Below are positions 1 through 10,010 of a stretch of DNA of 64,000 nt, piece by piece. The notes beneath the pieces are model-generated. The model saw only the letters and a list, made by a program, of their open reading frames with translations, was not told where the DNA came from and searched no databases. The stretch is taken from IMG/VR virus record IMGVR_UViG_3300024341_000001; one strand, written 5' to 3'. A program made the position numbers and the translations under genes. Positions within the stretch are counted from its first letter, which is position 1. Every line of letters starts with the position of its first letter. This DNA comes from a virus (taxonomy: Duplodnaviria > Heunggongvirae > Uroviricota > Caudoviricetes).

Positions 1-766
1 TGATGTTTACTTTGAAAAATATACAGCCACTTATAATGGCCTAAAGATTTACACATATAATGGTCTGGCTATGACTATTGATCCATCAGCAAATGTTACT
101 ATTGCCAACTCCCTAACTGCCGGTGCAATGACTGCTTCTGGAAATATATCCGCAACAACTGACTCAGCGAATACACTTATTAGTGTTAATACTTCGAGTA
201 TATCGTATTATGCGGGGTTTAAACTTGTGAATAGTAATGGACCACACTATTGGTGTATTAATTTGGATGGTAATTTAACCACTTTGTATTTTGATTATGA
301 TAATTTAGGTTCTGGGTCACAAACAAAGATGAAATTAGGGTCAGACGGTCAATTTACTGTCCCCGACGTTTATTCAAGAACAGTAAGTACTCGCGCAGTT
401 TATGTTGACAGTAATGGTTTGTTGGGAACTACATCATCTTCTTTGCGATATAAAGAGCGGATAACTGATTTAGAACTAGACTCGACCCTTATTTACAAAT
501 TGCGTCCTATCAGTTTTAATTTTAAACCAGAATTTCATATTGTTGAAAGACAATTTGGATTACTCGCTGAAGAAGTCAATAGCGTTATTCCACAATTAGT
601 TGGATATGACAACAATGGTAGACCTGACTATGTTGCATATGAAAAATTGCCTGTATTGCTTTTGAATGAATTACAAAAACATTATATACAAATAGAAACA
701 CAAAAAGATAAAATTATTAGATTAGAAAAACGAGTTTTAGAATTGGAATTACAATTAAAAGGATAA
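1..766 (+). CDS. Tail fibre/tail spike C-terminal portion with an intramolecular-chaperone (peptidase S74-like) domain. It is 5'-truncated by the window edge because the frame is open back to nt 2.
   Basis: The C-terminal block LDSTLIYKLRPISF...GLLAEEVNSVIPQLV...AYEKLPVLLLNELQK followed by a coiled coil resembles endosialidase/tail-fibre auto-chaperone domains. The N-terminal part is Ser/Thr/Asn-rich and fibre-like. There is no in-frame stop upstream of the Met at 71. Confidence 0.55.
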   Translation, partial: DVYFEKYTATYNGLKIYTYNGLAMTIDPSANVTIANSLTAGAMTASGNISATTDSANTLISVNTSSISYYAGFKLVNSNGPHYWCINLDGNLTTLYFDYDNLGSGSQTKMKLGSDGQFTVPDVYSRTVSTRAVYVDSNGLLGTTSSSLRYKERITDLELDSTLIYKLRPISFNFKPEFHIVERQFGLLAEEVNSVIPQLVGYDNNGRPDYVAYEKLPVLLLNELQKHYIQIETQKDKIIRLEKRVLELELQLKG

Positions 767-771
767 ATAAA

Positions 772-1002
772 ATGACCCAAATATCAATGTCAACACTTTT
801 AGAAAGCGGTGTTACCGCATCAATAAATTTTCGTAAAATAGCTAATGGTGTGCAAGTATCTATTATTGCGCCTTCAAAAAATCAAGCGCTTCCTGGGCCA
901 GCGATGGCCGGCGGAAATGAGCAGATTTTCGCATTTGAAGGCGATGCCACAACAGTTGCTCCGAAGATTGCTGATCTTCTAAAAGAGTTAATAACCGAAT
1001 AA
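772..1002 (+). CDS. hypothetical protein
   Basis: ORF starts 5 nt after the tail-fibre stop; no recognisable motif. Confidence 0.35.
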   Translation: MTQISMSTLLESGVTASINFRKIANGVQVSIIAPSKNQALPGPAMAGGNEQIFAFEGDATTVAPKIADLLKELITE

Positions 1003-1006
1003 ATTG

Positions 1007-1035
1007 TTGCATTTTTCGTAAATTATACTTATATT
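1007..1035 (+). promoter_or_regulatory. sigma70-like promoter TTGCAT-N17-TATATT upstream of the ORF at 1062
   Basis: Hexamers with a 17-nt spacer, followed by an AAGGAG RBS at 1045-1050. Confidence 0.4.
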
Positions 1036-1061
1036 ACACATATAAAGGAGAATTCTAATTT

Positions 1062-1451
1062 ATGAAATATGCAGAAATATTTATGATAAAAGATGCTTTA
1101 CAAAAATTAGGTAAAGAACGCCTAACCGTAGCATTTGAAATAGCAAAAAATATTCGTGCTTGCGATAAAGTCTTAAATGAAGCACAAGAAATTGCAAAAG
1201 AACTTCATCAAAAATACGCTGATAAAGATGAAAAAGGTGAAGTAAAACAATATCCGGATGATAAGGGACAGATGTTGACGAAAATTTCTGATCCAGCACT
1301 TATAAAAGACTATCAAGTGGAGTTAGCAAAACTTGATACCGAAGAACATGAAGTTGTGTTTACAAAAATTAAAAAATCGCAAATAAGCGCCGAAAAAATA
1401 CCCGGCGAGATATTAGTACCACTTATCGACACGGTATTGGTCGAAGAGTAA
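1062..1451 (+). CDS. hypothetical protein (acidic, helical)
   Basis: Good AAGGAG RBS 11 nt upstream; no known motif. Confidence 0.45.
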   Translation: MKYAEIFMIKDALQKLGKERLTVAFEIAKNIRACDKVLNEAQEIAKELHQKYADKDEKGEVKQYPDDKGQMLTKISDPALIKDYQVELAKLDTEEHEVVFTKIKKSQISAEKIPGEILVPLIDTVLVEE

Positions 1452-1464
1452 ATTATAGGCGGCT

Positions 1465-2187
1465 ATGGACGCCTCCAAGGAAAATTTTAAAATGAGAAGG
1501 AAACTGACTTCATTAATACTCCTTATAATTTGTAATATAGTATTGGTAATAGGTACCCTGTATGTGACAAGGACTGCTTTATATGACATAGAGCGTTCTT
1601 TGTACTCACAACGTGTACATTTTAAGACGACAGCATTATTACGTATGTCTGATTATTATTTCAAACATACGCGTGCTGAGGAACGAAATGAAATAGAGTT
1701 GGCTAAATTTTTAACCACTACAACTAAAATTGATAACACTGAAGCACAAATAATGGCAAGATATGATCCCAAAAATGGATATCCATTTATATGGATAGGT
1801 GGAAATCCATATTACCAAAAATATATGTCCGTGGGCAATGTCAAAAATAGTATTGCCCGCGCGGAAGAAATCGGAACGGTATCTCCTGGGCAGTTTACTC
1901 GATTTTATAATAGCTTAGAACATTTTACACTGCCAGAAGACTTAGCGCCAGTGGTTATTACAAGAACAGATGGTGTACGTTATTTGATATCGTGGGTAAT
2001 AATTCCTGAACCTACTCCCAACGGCGCGAAATTTGTATATATTGTGTTTACATTTACAAGTTCGTTTACATTTTCATTAGATGCCATTCGTGATAATTAT
2101 ACAATTGTGTTTGGCCTTGCGGTATTGCTGGCAGGAATGATGTTAATACTGATACCATCTATGATAAAGAAATGTCACACACTATGA
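1465..2187 (+). CDS. membrane protein (N-terminal TM helix, C-terminal TM segments)
   Basis: Hydrophobic stretches LILLIICNIVLVIGTLYV and VFGLAVLLAGMMLILIPS. Confidence 0.4.
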   Translation: MDASKENFKMRRKLTSLILLIICNIVLVIGTLYVTRTALYDIERSLYSQRVHFKTTALLRMSDYYFKHTRAEERNEIELAKFLTTTTKIDNTEAQIMARYDPKNGYPFIWIGGNPYYQKYMSVGNVKNSIARAEEIGTVSPGQFTRFYNSLEHFTLPEDLAPVVITRTDGVRYLISWVIIPEPTPNGAKFVYIVFTFTSSFTFSLDAIRDNYTIVFGLAVLLAGMMLILIPSMIKKCHTL

Positions 2188-2525
2188 CAATTGACCCGTT
2201 GTATACAATACAAATTATATTAACAAGTATCTTAGGCGGTATCGTAAGATATTTATCTGAATTCCTGGCGAAATCACAGGAACTAGATAAGCTGTCATTG
2301 GGATTGATGATCATACACGCAATTGTCGGAGTCTTTGCAGGGTACATGTCGTTTTTAGTAGTTAGTTTTTTTACTACATATGAAATAGCAGGAATTATAG
2401 CCGCAGGATTGGGATCATTTGGAGGGTATGGAACGCTTATATGGTTAATCCATCAAGCGAAGAAAAAATTAGTGATTATGGATAAAACGGAGTTCGAAGA
2501 ATTCCAGAAAAAACATAAAAAATGA
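2172..2525 (+). CDS. small membrane protein, holin-like
   Basis: About 3 predicted TM helices, a charged C-terminus (KKKLVIMDKTEFEEFQKKHKK), and position upstream of the amidase. Confidence 0.35.
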   Translation: MSHTMTIDPLYTIQIILTSILGGIVRYLSEFLAKSQELDKLSLGLMIIHAIVGVFAGYMSFLVVSFFTTYEIAGIIAAGLGSFGGYGTLIWLIHQAKKKLVIMDKTEFEEFQKKHKK

Positions 2526-3196
2526 ATACATTATTAGAATTAATCGGTGCATATAAAAGCACATTAATTATTATTGGATTAGTTGGTGTTATTATTTTAG
2601 GTGCCTGGTTATGGCATGTGAGTGATAAAGCACAAGCCGTCAGCGAGCAAAAAGCAAAAGACGATAAATTTTATACGGAACTTATTGCTAATTCTCCAGT
2701 TCAAACAGACACAATTACAATACATAAATATATACCACGTAAAGACACGAGTGGTTATGCGGCGGGAATAGCAAAGTTAGACGATCAATATCGTGCACGC
2801 ATACGTGCTCTATTAGATTCAACATTTAACAAAGATAGTTTAATCGCAAAATTAAGCACACCATATGAAGGAACTATTTCTGATAGTTCGTTTGGTGTGT
2901 TAACAATAACATATTATCCATTAGAGGATACAACAAAAAAGTTTGCGTGGACCTTAACAAAACGTCCACCAATTGATAGTTCGTTAATAATAATTAACAA
3001 TAAAAAGATGGTGCCGATACCATTTAAGGTTTTTGCACTCTCAGCTGACGTGAATCCAGTTGGACAGGTATATGCTGGCGCTAGTTACAGATTTGATAAT
3101 TGGGTGGTATATATGAGCTATCAGGTTGTAGGAAAAGCAAATGGGTCAAACTGGTATGACAAGTTAAGATTGGGAGTAAGTGTTTATGTTTTTTAA
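2522..3196 (+). CDS. hypothetical protein with an N-terminal TM anchor
   Basis: Overlapping ATGA start; TM segment LIIIGLVGVIILGAWLW. Confidence 0.4.
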   Translation: MNTLLELIGAYKSTLIIIGLVGVIILGAWLWHVSDKAQAVSEQKAKDDKFYTELIANSPVQTDTITIHKYIPRKDTSGYAAGIAKLDDQYRARIRALLDSTFNKDSLIAKLSTPYEGTISDSSFGVLTITYYPLEDTTKKFAWTLTKRPPIDSSLIIINNKKMVPIPFKVFALSADVNPVGQVYAGASYRFDNWVVYMSYQVVGKANGSNWYDKLRLGVSVYVF

Positions 3197-3509
3197 AGCT
3201 ATGGCAAACAAAACAATTGATTTAATTAAAAAATTTATAGTCAATGTAATTGACTTTTTTGTAGATTCAGTAAGCGATTATGATGAACGAACCGGCGAAG
3301 AGAAATTCTCATTAGGACGAGGTTCGTGGATTGTGTGGTTTTATTCTACTATCTATTTTGTGTTTAATGGTATTATATTATCATATCTATGGTACCTCGT
3401 AGGTTTATCCTTACTCGGGTATATTATTGGATCAAAGTATATTGTTACTAGTATTGGTGGTGCCAGTCGTATCGAAAATGTTGACTGGTCAAATGAAGAG
3501 CACCCATGA
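3180..3509 (+). CDS. small membrane protein
   Basis: Two hydrophobic helices. Confidence 0.3.
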   Translation: MFMFFKAMANKTIDLIKKFIVNVIDFFVDSVSDYDERTGEEKFSLGRGSWIVWFYSTIYFVFNGIILSYLWYLVGLSLLGYIIGSKYIVTSIGGASRIENVDWSNEEHP

Positions 3510-4033
3510 ATATAATTGATGTGTCAGATACACTACCCTGGAATACAAACGGACAACGTTGGAAAAAACGACAGGTATCACAGATAAAAAACATTGTCAT
3601 CCATCAGAGTCTTGGGACCAAAACGGTTGCTGATACGAATAAATTTTGTATTACTAACTCACCTAATATTACATTAGGACGAGGTATGCCAAGAATCGCG
3701 TATACATTTTTTATTGAGCCAGATGGTAAAATATATCAATGCAATAAGTTGGAAGATATAACTTCGCATGTAAAGAATAAGAATACGATATCTATTGCTA
3801 TTTGTCTTGGAGGTTACTATAATTATATAGAAGATGGTAAGTTAGTAAAATGTCGCGACGGTGAGTCCCCTAAAGCGCAGATAGATGCCTTAGCTTGGAC
3901 AGTGGCGTATCTACGAAAATTACTATATTTAACAAATAAAGACGTGTATACACACGATGAGTTACAAGGAAAGCCAAGCTGTCCAGGTAATACTGGTGCG
4001 GCGTTTGTAAAGAAATTAAGGAAAAATAAATGA
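3506..4033 (+). CDS. N-acetylmuramoyl-L-alanine amidase (PGRP/T7-lysozyme-like endolysin)
   Basis: Amidase_2-like pattern: IVIHQS..., a conserved His, and C-terminal ...THDELQGKPSCPG. Adjacent small membrane proteins form a lysis cassette. Confidence 0.6.
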   Translation: MNIIDVSDTLPWNTNGQRWKKRQVSQIKNIVIHQSLGTKTVADTNKFCITNSPNITLGRGMPRIAYTFFIEPDGKIYQCNKLEDITSHVKNKNTISIAICLGGYYNYIEDGKLVKCRDGESPKAQIDALAWTVAYLRKLLYLTNKDVYTHDELQGKPSCPGNTGAAFVKKLRKNK

Positions 4034-5214
4034 AAAAATTAGCGTCGTTGCAGTATGATGTTACTGATCTTGTGACTGCAGGACAAATCGACTATTTGGT
4101 CGAAATTACAAAAGGTAAGGATGAACTTATAAAGAATGCGCACATTCCGTCCTTAGACGAAACTGAAAAAATGGCTGATGATAAGTTCGCATTGATTCTC
4201 TTTCACCCGCACATCGGAAAAATGAAAAAGCTTGCCATGTGTGATAGATTCATTACCGAACTAAATATGCGGATTTTCGAAGATAAAGCAAATTCGCTTC
4301 CAGTGGAATTGGTAAAAGTGGCCTCGTACCATTTAGCTAAAGCTGCACATTATTATAAATTACCTGTTCCTGAAACCATAAAAAAATATGCGGAGGAAAA
4401 ACAAGCAACCAATTGGGTGAATATCGCAGAAGTTAGTGCTATGCGTGAAAAGAATACTGATGAAAATGTTAAGTATGCTTTGCATGAAAAATATCCTATT
4501 CATACCGCTCAGTTAGTAAAGAAAGCAATGGCTTACTTTACAGATCATTGGAAAAGATTTTCACCGTTAAATGCGTTCGAGTTTGCAGCCAACGTTAAAA
4601 TTGCTGCGGATAAATTCGGTGTAGATTATAAAGGAACACGTATAGAAAAGTACGCAAATATACACCCTAATACGTTAAGTCGTACTTTTGGTGCAGCAAT
4701 AGCAGCACGTAAAGGATATGTATTGGAAGCCGAACGAAACGTATTCGATGAATTAGCAAAACAAGCAAGTACATTAGGTCCAGTAAAAACTGCTAAAGTA
4801 TTAGAAGAAATCGATCGTAAACTCGGACTAAACCGTGAATGGAATAAATCGATAGAAGATCCAGTATTTTCTGTGTTTGATACGACTCCACAACGTTTTG
4901 TAAAGGTAGCGGGTTATAATGGTATTGAAATAAATCTCGAGTCATTGAGAAAATTACCTAATGGTATAGTTGATGCAGCGACAGCTGAAGATTTAAAAGG
5001 ACCTGAGGGATTGGATATATTTGAATCATTGCCAACGCCTGTAAGACAAAAGATTGCTAAGAGCCTTGAAAAATTAGCTGTTGGTACCCATGAGATGTAT
5101 CCTGACACTGACTCGACACCACCAGTTAAACCAGGCGAAGCTCCAAAACCAAAAGCAAAAGATAGTTTAAATATAACTATTAATGAACCATCTAATCATA
5201 TGAAGAAAGATTGA
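4030..5214 (+). CDS. hypothetical protein (394 aa, Pro/Lys-rich C-terminus)
   Basis: Overlapping ATGA start; no P-loop or other motif. Confidence 0.45.
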   Translation: MKKLASLQYDVTDLVTAGQIDYLVEITKGKDELIKNAHIPSLDETEKMADDKFALILFHPHIGKMKKLAMCDRFITELNMRIFEDKANSLPVELVKVASYHLAKAAHYYKLPVPETIKKYAEEKQATNWVNIAEVSAMREKNTDENVKYALHEKYPIHTAQLVKKAMAYFTDHWKRFSPLNAFEFAANVKIAADKFGVDYKGTRIEKYANIHPNTLSRTFGAAIAARKGYVLEAERNVFDELAKQASTLGPVKTAKVLEEIDRKLGLNREWNKSIEDPVFSVFDTTPQRFVKVAGYNGIEINLESLRKLPNGIVDAATAEDLKGPEGLDIFESLPTPVRQKIAKSLEKLAVGTHEMYPDTDSTPPVKPGEAPKPKAKDSLNITINEPSNHMKKD

Positions 5215-5720
5215 TGTCACGTACTGAAGATTTATTACAGTTTGTTCAAGAAGACGACGTTTTAGAACCTGATACTCTTAGACAACTCTATCCGGATTTA
5301 TCGGAAGAAGAGTTTAATAAGACTATGGCTCTAAAAGTGTTAAAGCACACACGTCAATTCTGGGAAAACTTTTATGCATTTGAAGATATAACATTGGCAT
5401 TAAATGATATAGTTCCAGATTTCACGAAACTCGATGGTTGTACGCCAGAGCAGATTTGGTATGCTGTACAATTAGCCGATCAAATAAGACCAGGTTTAGA
5501 GTATTCGAAAGAAGTGCAATTATATATAAAATTTATGTGTAATGATGCCGGTGTTTTTATTTATCCGCCACAAGTTGGGCTAGAAAATCCCTACTTAGAA
5601 AAAGCGAAAGAGTTATCTGTTAAAGGACCTTTCCCCTTAGGCGAAACTACTGAAGAAATTCAAGCTGGAAAGTATTTAAGTATATTAGAATATTTGAATG
5701 AAAAATTGCAGAAATTGTAA
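5211..5720 (+). CDS. hypothetical protein
   Basis: Overlapping start; acidic. Confidence 0.45.
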   Translation: MMSRTEDLLQFVQEDDVLEPDTLRQLYPDLSEEEFNKTMALKVLKHTRQFWENFYAFEDITLALNDIVPDFTKLDGCTPEQIWYAVQLADQIRPGLEYSKEVQLYIKFMCNDAGVFIYPPQVGLENPYLEKAKELSVKGPFPLGETTEEIQAGKYLSILEYLNEKLQKL

Positions 5721-5933
5721 TTGTGAATTAAGTACTACTAACCATTGATCATATCTTTAATAATGGTAATAAAGAACGTAAATAACAAAATATAAATATA
5801 GGAACAGACACATATCGTTTTATTATCCGCAATAAATTTCCGGCTAATAAATATCAAATATTGTGTTATAATTGTAATTGTGCAAAGGGCTTTTATAAGT
5901 CCTGTCCACATACTAAAATAAGGAAATAAAATA

Positions 5934-7895
5934 ATGCCGACCACGCCGTACAGTGATCAATTAATAGGGGGCGGAGATGCCCAGGCGCTTGCGACAACTA
6001 GATTAATTTACCCTAATCCATTTTTAGATCTTAGTCGTTTCTTCATGCCTAGAACAGTTAAATCACTGTTCAAGCTCTGCCGTATCTTTTACTATCGTAA
6101 TGAATTTGTAAACAATGTTATAACTAAACTCGCAGAATATCCAGTAACGGATCTTCTAATTGAGGGTTTAGAAGATGAAAAATTACAAGCCGATTACAGC
6201 GAATTAATCGATCATAATATAAATCTAAAACGCCTATTAATTGAGATAGGACTTGATTATTTCACATATGGTAATTGTTTTGTATCAATTAATTTGAAAT
6301 TTCGCCGCTTCTTAGTATGTCCCAGTTGCGGTGAAAACCAACCTATAGAACGTGCAAAATATCAATGGAGAGATTTCTCATTCTATGGTGATTGCCCCCG
6401 CTGTGGTGCAAAGATGGTAATCTTTAAAGTTGATGATCGCACGTTAAAAAATTCAAAATACTTTAAATTCATTCGCTGGTCACCAGAGAATATCTCTATC
6501 GATCATGATGAGTTAACAGGTGAAAATAAATATTATTATGATATGCAACCAGGCACCAAAAAAGGTATCATAGATGGTAAGCGCGAAGTTATTGAACGCA
6601 CCCCTATGTTGTTTATCGAAGCTGTAAAACACAACCGTAAGATCATGCTCGACCCTACAAATCTTTATCATTTTAAACGGGCTACTCTAGCAGAAGAGGA
6701 TCAAGGATGGGGCAAACCACTTATCTTGTCTGCACTACCAATGCTTTGGTACACACAGACATTACGCCGTGGGAACGAAGCAATAGCCGCAGACCATTTA
6801 GTACCTATGCGTTCAGTTTTTCCAAGCAGCCAAGGTAATATCGACCCTTTTTCGCAGATGCATTTAGGTTCATGGCGCAGTCAAATCGAAGATAATCTTT
6901 CCAGATGGCGCCGAGATCCAAATCATATTGCGGTATTTCCTATACCGATTGGTTATCAAGGATTAAGTGGTGATGCAAAGATGTTACAAGTCACACCAGA
7001 GTTAAAATTCCTTGAGGAACTGATTATTAACTCATTTGGCGTACCGACGGAATTTATTAAAGGCGGCGCTACTTGGACTAGCAGCAGTGTAAGTTTACGT
7101 ATAGTCGAGAATCATTTCTTAACTTATCGTGAAGAACTTCATGATTTTCTGAACTATTTTGCAAGTCCTAAAATAGCGGCGTATCTTGGGTTTCCTCCGG
7201 TAAAATTTGTGTTAAAGAAATTCCGTATGAGCGACGATATTCAAACAAAAGAAACACTTATACAATTAGCACAACTAGGTAAAATCGCAGATTCATATTT
7301 ACAAACTGAATTTGGGCTGGATCCAAAAGAACAACGCAAATATCAGAAGATAGATAATAAGACTAATATTGATCTACAAATGGACCAAATGACTGCGCAG
7401 GCGGATATGCAAGGTAAATCACAAGTATTACTTGAGCGTTATCGTGCAAAAGCTATGGATGCTTTCTTAGAAGAACAGGCTCGTATACGCGAAAGTATGT
7501 TTGTTATTGAACTTAAACAGCAATTACAAGCTCCGGATCAAGACCCTAGTGATATATTGCAAAAATATACCGCGCAAATTGCGGGTATGGATCCTGTTTC
7601 ACAGCAGCAAGCTTTAGTAATGCTACAGCAAAAGGCTCCATTAGCATTTAGTTTCGTAATGCAACGACTGCAAGCTGTGTATGGCGGTACGCCGGAACAA
7701 CAGGCAGAATCGACTATGCGCGAACGCGAGATGGTGCATGAAAAAGAAATGGCCAGTGTTGAGCAAAAGCATGAAAAAGAAATGGCCGCACACGAAGAAG
7801 TAAAGATGCAGCATGAAATAAAAAAGATGGAACATGAAGAAAAAAGCTGGCCGCACAAAGAACGTATAAGCAAGGCTAAGAAAGAATCAAAATGA
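5934..7895 (+). CDS. large virion-associated-like protein; a portal-like assignment is tentative
   Basis: AAGGAAA RBS. 653 aa with a CxxC...CxxC zinc ribbon and a C-terminal HEKEM-repeat charged tail. The middle region loosely resembles a portal wing/clip. Confidence 0.3.
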   Translation: MPTTPYSDQLIGGGDAQALATTRLIYPNPFLDLSRFFMPRTVKSLFKLCRIFYYRNEFVNNVITKLAEYPVTDLLIEGLEDEKLQADYSELIDHNINLKRLLIEIGLDYFTYGNCFVSINLKFRRFLVCPSCGENQPIERAKYQWRDFSFYGDCPRCGAKMVIFKVDDRTLKNSKYFKFIRWSPENISIDHDELTGENKYYYDMQPGTKKGIIDGKREVIERTPMLFIEAVKHNRKIMLDPTNLYHFKRATLAEEDQGWGKPLILSALPMLWYTQTLRRGNEAIAADHLVPMRSVFPSSQGNIDPFSQMHLGSWRSQIEDNLSRWRRDPNHIAVFPIPIGYQGLSGDAKMLQVTPELKFLEELIINSFGVPTEFIKGGATWTSSSVSLRIVENHFLTYREELHDFLNYFASPKIAAYLGFPPVKFVLKKFRMSDDIQTKETLIQLAQLGKIADSYLQTEFGLDPKEQRKYQKIDNKTNIDLQMDQMTAQADMQGKSQVLLERYRAKAMDAFLEEQARIRESMFVIELKQQLQAPDQDPSDILQKYTAQIAGMDPVSQQQALVMLQQKAPLAFSFVMQRLQAVYGGTPEQQAESTMREREMVHEKEMASVEQKHEKEMAAHEEVKMQHEIKKMEHEEKSWPHKERISKAKKESK

Positions 7896-8080
7896 TAAAA
7901 TATAGTGATATGGTTGAAGTACAATCTACAAAGACTGGGGAAATAAAGCAAATTCCCAGCAAAGACCTAAAGAATTTTCAAGATGGTGTTAAAACTGCAG
8001 AAGCAGAAGAATGGAAAGTAATAAATGAAGAAGGTGGAAGTATACGAACTGAAGGATCCGGCAGACAAGAAGCTATATGA
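7892..8080 (+). CDS. small hypothetical protein
   Basis: Overlapping ATGA start. Confidence 0.3.
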   Translation: MIKYSDMVEVQSTKTGEIKQIPSKDLKNFQDGVKTAEAEEWKVINEEGGSIRTEGSGRQEAI

Positions 8081-8181
8081 AACCTTGTTAAACGATCCCA
8101 CAGTAGAAATTATAAAAGATGTTTTTGCTTATGATCGAAACGGTGTTCCTAAAATAACTGTGTGGTTTGAAAAAATAGAAT

Positions 8182-8208
8182 AAGGCACCAATCAGTGCCT
8201 TATTTCTA
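8182..8208. terminator. bidirectional rho-independent terminator
   Basis: Hairpin AAGGCAC-caatca-GTGCCTT preceded by AAAAAATAG and followed by a T-rich tract. It lies between convergent genes. Confidence 0.5.
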
Positions 8209-8548
8209 TATCAAAGTATGTGAGAATTAGCAGTAAAGCGGTCGGAATGTAATACAATGCTCCGAGTGCTCCTAATGAATACGCAAGAATTCTTACTCCT
8301 ACCATGTTTATGATATCTAATGTATGTAGTTCATTATTATCGACATATTGTACTGATATCCAACCATAGACCCCCGTTGCTTTTATTTCTTCTTCATTGG
8401 ACATTTTAATACATAAAATAACAGCCATTAGTAACTCAAAAATTCCTCCTACTATAAACGACAGCGAAATAGGTAAGTTTGCTAATGCACAAATAAGAAC
8501 TAAAATAATGCTGTAAGATACTCTCGGCTTTATAACTGTTCTAACCAT
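8192..8548 (-). CDS. membrane protein
   Basis: Multiple TM helices. Confidence 0.35.
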   Translation of the reverse strand: MVRTVIKPRVSYSIILVLICALANLPISLSFIVGGIFELLMAVILCIKMSNEEEIKATGVYGWISVQYVDNNELHTLDIINMVGVRILAYSLGALGALYYIPTALLLILTYFDIEIRH

Positions 8549-9828
8549 TCAGACAGTCTTTCCCGTTTATCGTCCCATAAAAACAACTCATTTACCCGAG
8601 CGACCGCATTTTGATTGACTACTTTTTTATGATTATTTGCTACCCATTTATTATATTCAATCTCTAATGCTTCTATCATTAATTCAACATTAACGATGGG
8701 ACGAACGTGATTATTATCTAGTGGAAGGGACATATGTGCTATATTTGGAATTATGTGTCCTGTATCACCGAGCATCTCAGGTATCGAAGAGTGTTTTGGA
8801 GCTATGCTGGTAGTGCCACACGCCGCTGCTTCTATCAACGATAGTCCCACGCCTTCCCCAAGCGACGTGCTAATGTTTACATCAGCTACATTATATAACG
8901 TGGCCATTTGATTATCAGAATATGGCTTTTCATACGCATTGCCGCTAAACAATGCCACATGTTTTGGAATGTCAGAATCTACAAATCCTGCATTTATTGC
9001 TGCTGCTCCTAGTGTACTTGCTGGACCAGGGCCCATTACTTTTTCTGACATTGCTGCATGAAAATATATGATTACATCGGTATGCCCAGGATGTTTTGAT
9101 AATACATCTTCTTCACCACATCCATTTAAATCACAATTAGTCTTTGTAGTTATATAGACATTACCGCATCTGCATTTTTTATAGCCTTTAATAAATAATG
9201 CCATTACACGCATTGTTAATGGAAGTGCTTTTCTTGGTTGATATCGATTATTACTTATTACTAAAAATTTCCCTCCCCATTTTGCCTCGTCTTTAGATTT
9301 GTTAATTATGGGATTTGGCATTACATTGAAAACACTAGTATCCACACCGTGATATAAATATTCGATATTTTTATCTTTTAAATGCGCGTGAGATTCTAAT
9401 ATTGACTTAATCCCCCATTTAGTGTATGTGACTAATTTTTGTGGGGTATCAAATGCAGGCCCCCAAAATCGGCTGACGGGAGTTCCATCAATCGGGAAAT
9501 AAGCCAAGATAGGTACGTTTGGGAATAAATTCTTTATAACTGGCAAAACATGTTGAATATTAAAAATATCTTGAAATAAAATAATTTTATCTGGATTGGC
9601 ATCTTTGATCACACGCTCCATGCGACCGACGCCTAATGGATCGTTCCCATCAATACTATAAATAAAATATTTGGAAACATCATATGATTCGGTACCATAG
9701 TAATTAATACCGAGTATTTTTACATTATATTCATTATGTAAATCTTTAAATAAATTCTTGGCAACTATACCAAAACCTGTTGCACATGTCGGCGAATCCG
9801 ACCAAATAAACAAGTTCTTTTTCGTCAT
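8530..9828 (-). CDS. glycosyltransferase, family 1 (GT4-like)
   Basis: C-terminal motif STSLGEGVGLSLIEAAACGTTSIAP matches the GT1 E-x7-E region. Confidence 0.65.
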   Translation of the reverse strand: MTKKNLFIWSDSPTCATGFGIVAKNLFKDLHNEYNVKILGINYYGTESYDVSKYFIYSIDGNDPLGVGRMERVIKDANPDKIILFQDIFNIQHVLPVIKNLFPNVPILAYFPIDGTPVSRFWGPAFDTPQKLVTYTKWGIKSILESHAHLKDKNIEYLYHGVDTSVFNVMPNPIINKSKDEAKWGGKFLVISNNRYQPRKALPLTMRVMALFIKGYKKCRCGNVYITTKTNCDLNGCGEEDVLSKHPGHTDVIIYFHAAMSEKVMGPGPASTLGAAAINAGFVDSDIPKHVALFSGNAYEKPYSDNQMATLYNVADVNISTSLGEGVGLSLIEAAACGTTSIAPKHSSIPEMLGDTGHIIPNIAHMSLPLDNNHVRPIVNVELMIEALEIEYNKWVANNHKKVVNQNAVARVNELFLWDDKRERLSEWLEQL

Positions 9829-9833
9829 AATAT

Positions 9834-9862
9834 AATATACGAAAAATACGGCTAAAAATCAA
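9834..9862 (-). promoter_or_regulatory. sigma70-like promoter TTGATT-N17-TATATT, 5 nt upstream of the ATG (leaderless)
   Basis: Reverse complement reads TTGATTTTTAGCCGTATTTTTCGTATATTATATTATG. Confidence 0.5.
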
Positions 9863-9882
9863 ATGTTAAGAAAGTAAAAAAA

Positions 9883-9910
9883 ATAGGGAATATACTTTCC
9901 CTATTTTTAT
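9883..9910. terminator. rho-independent terminator (bidirectional form)
   Basis: A8-TAGGGAA-tatact-TTCCCTA-T5: an 8-bp perfect stem flanked by an A-tract and a T-tract. Confidence 0.6.
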
Positions 9911-10010
9911 TTCCACACTATCACCGTATTTTTTATCGTGCCATTTATTTGAACATCACCTAACGCCATTATTATTCCACCTGGTTTGCCGGAATGAATC
10001 GCGCATTGCC

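Noticed and set aside
5934-7895. Confident portal protein assignment
   Set aside because: There are no adjacent terminase, scaffold or capsid genes in the window, and similarity to known portals is only impressionistic. The call is kept as tentative.
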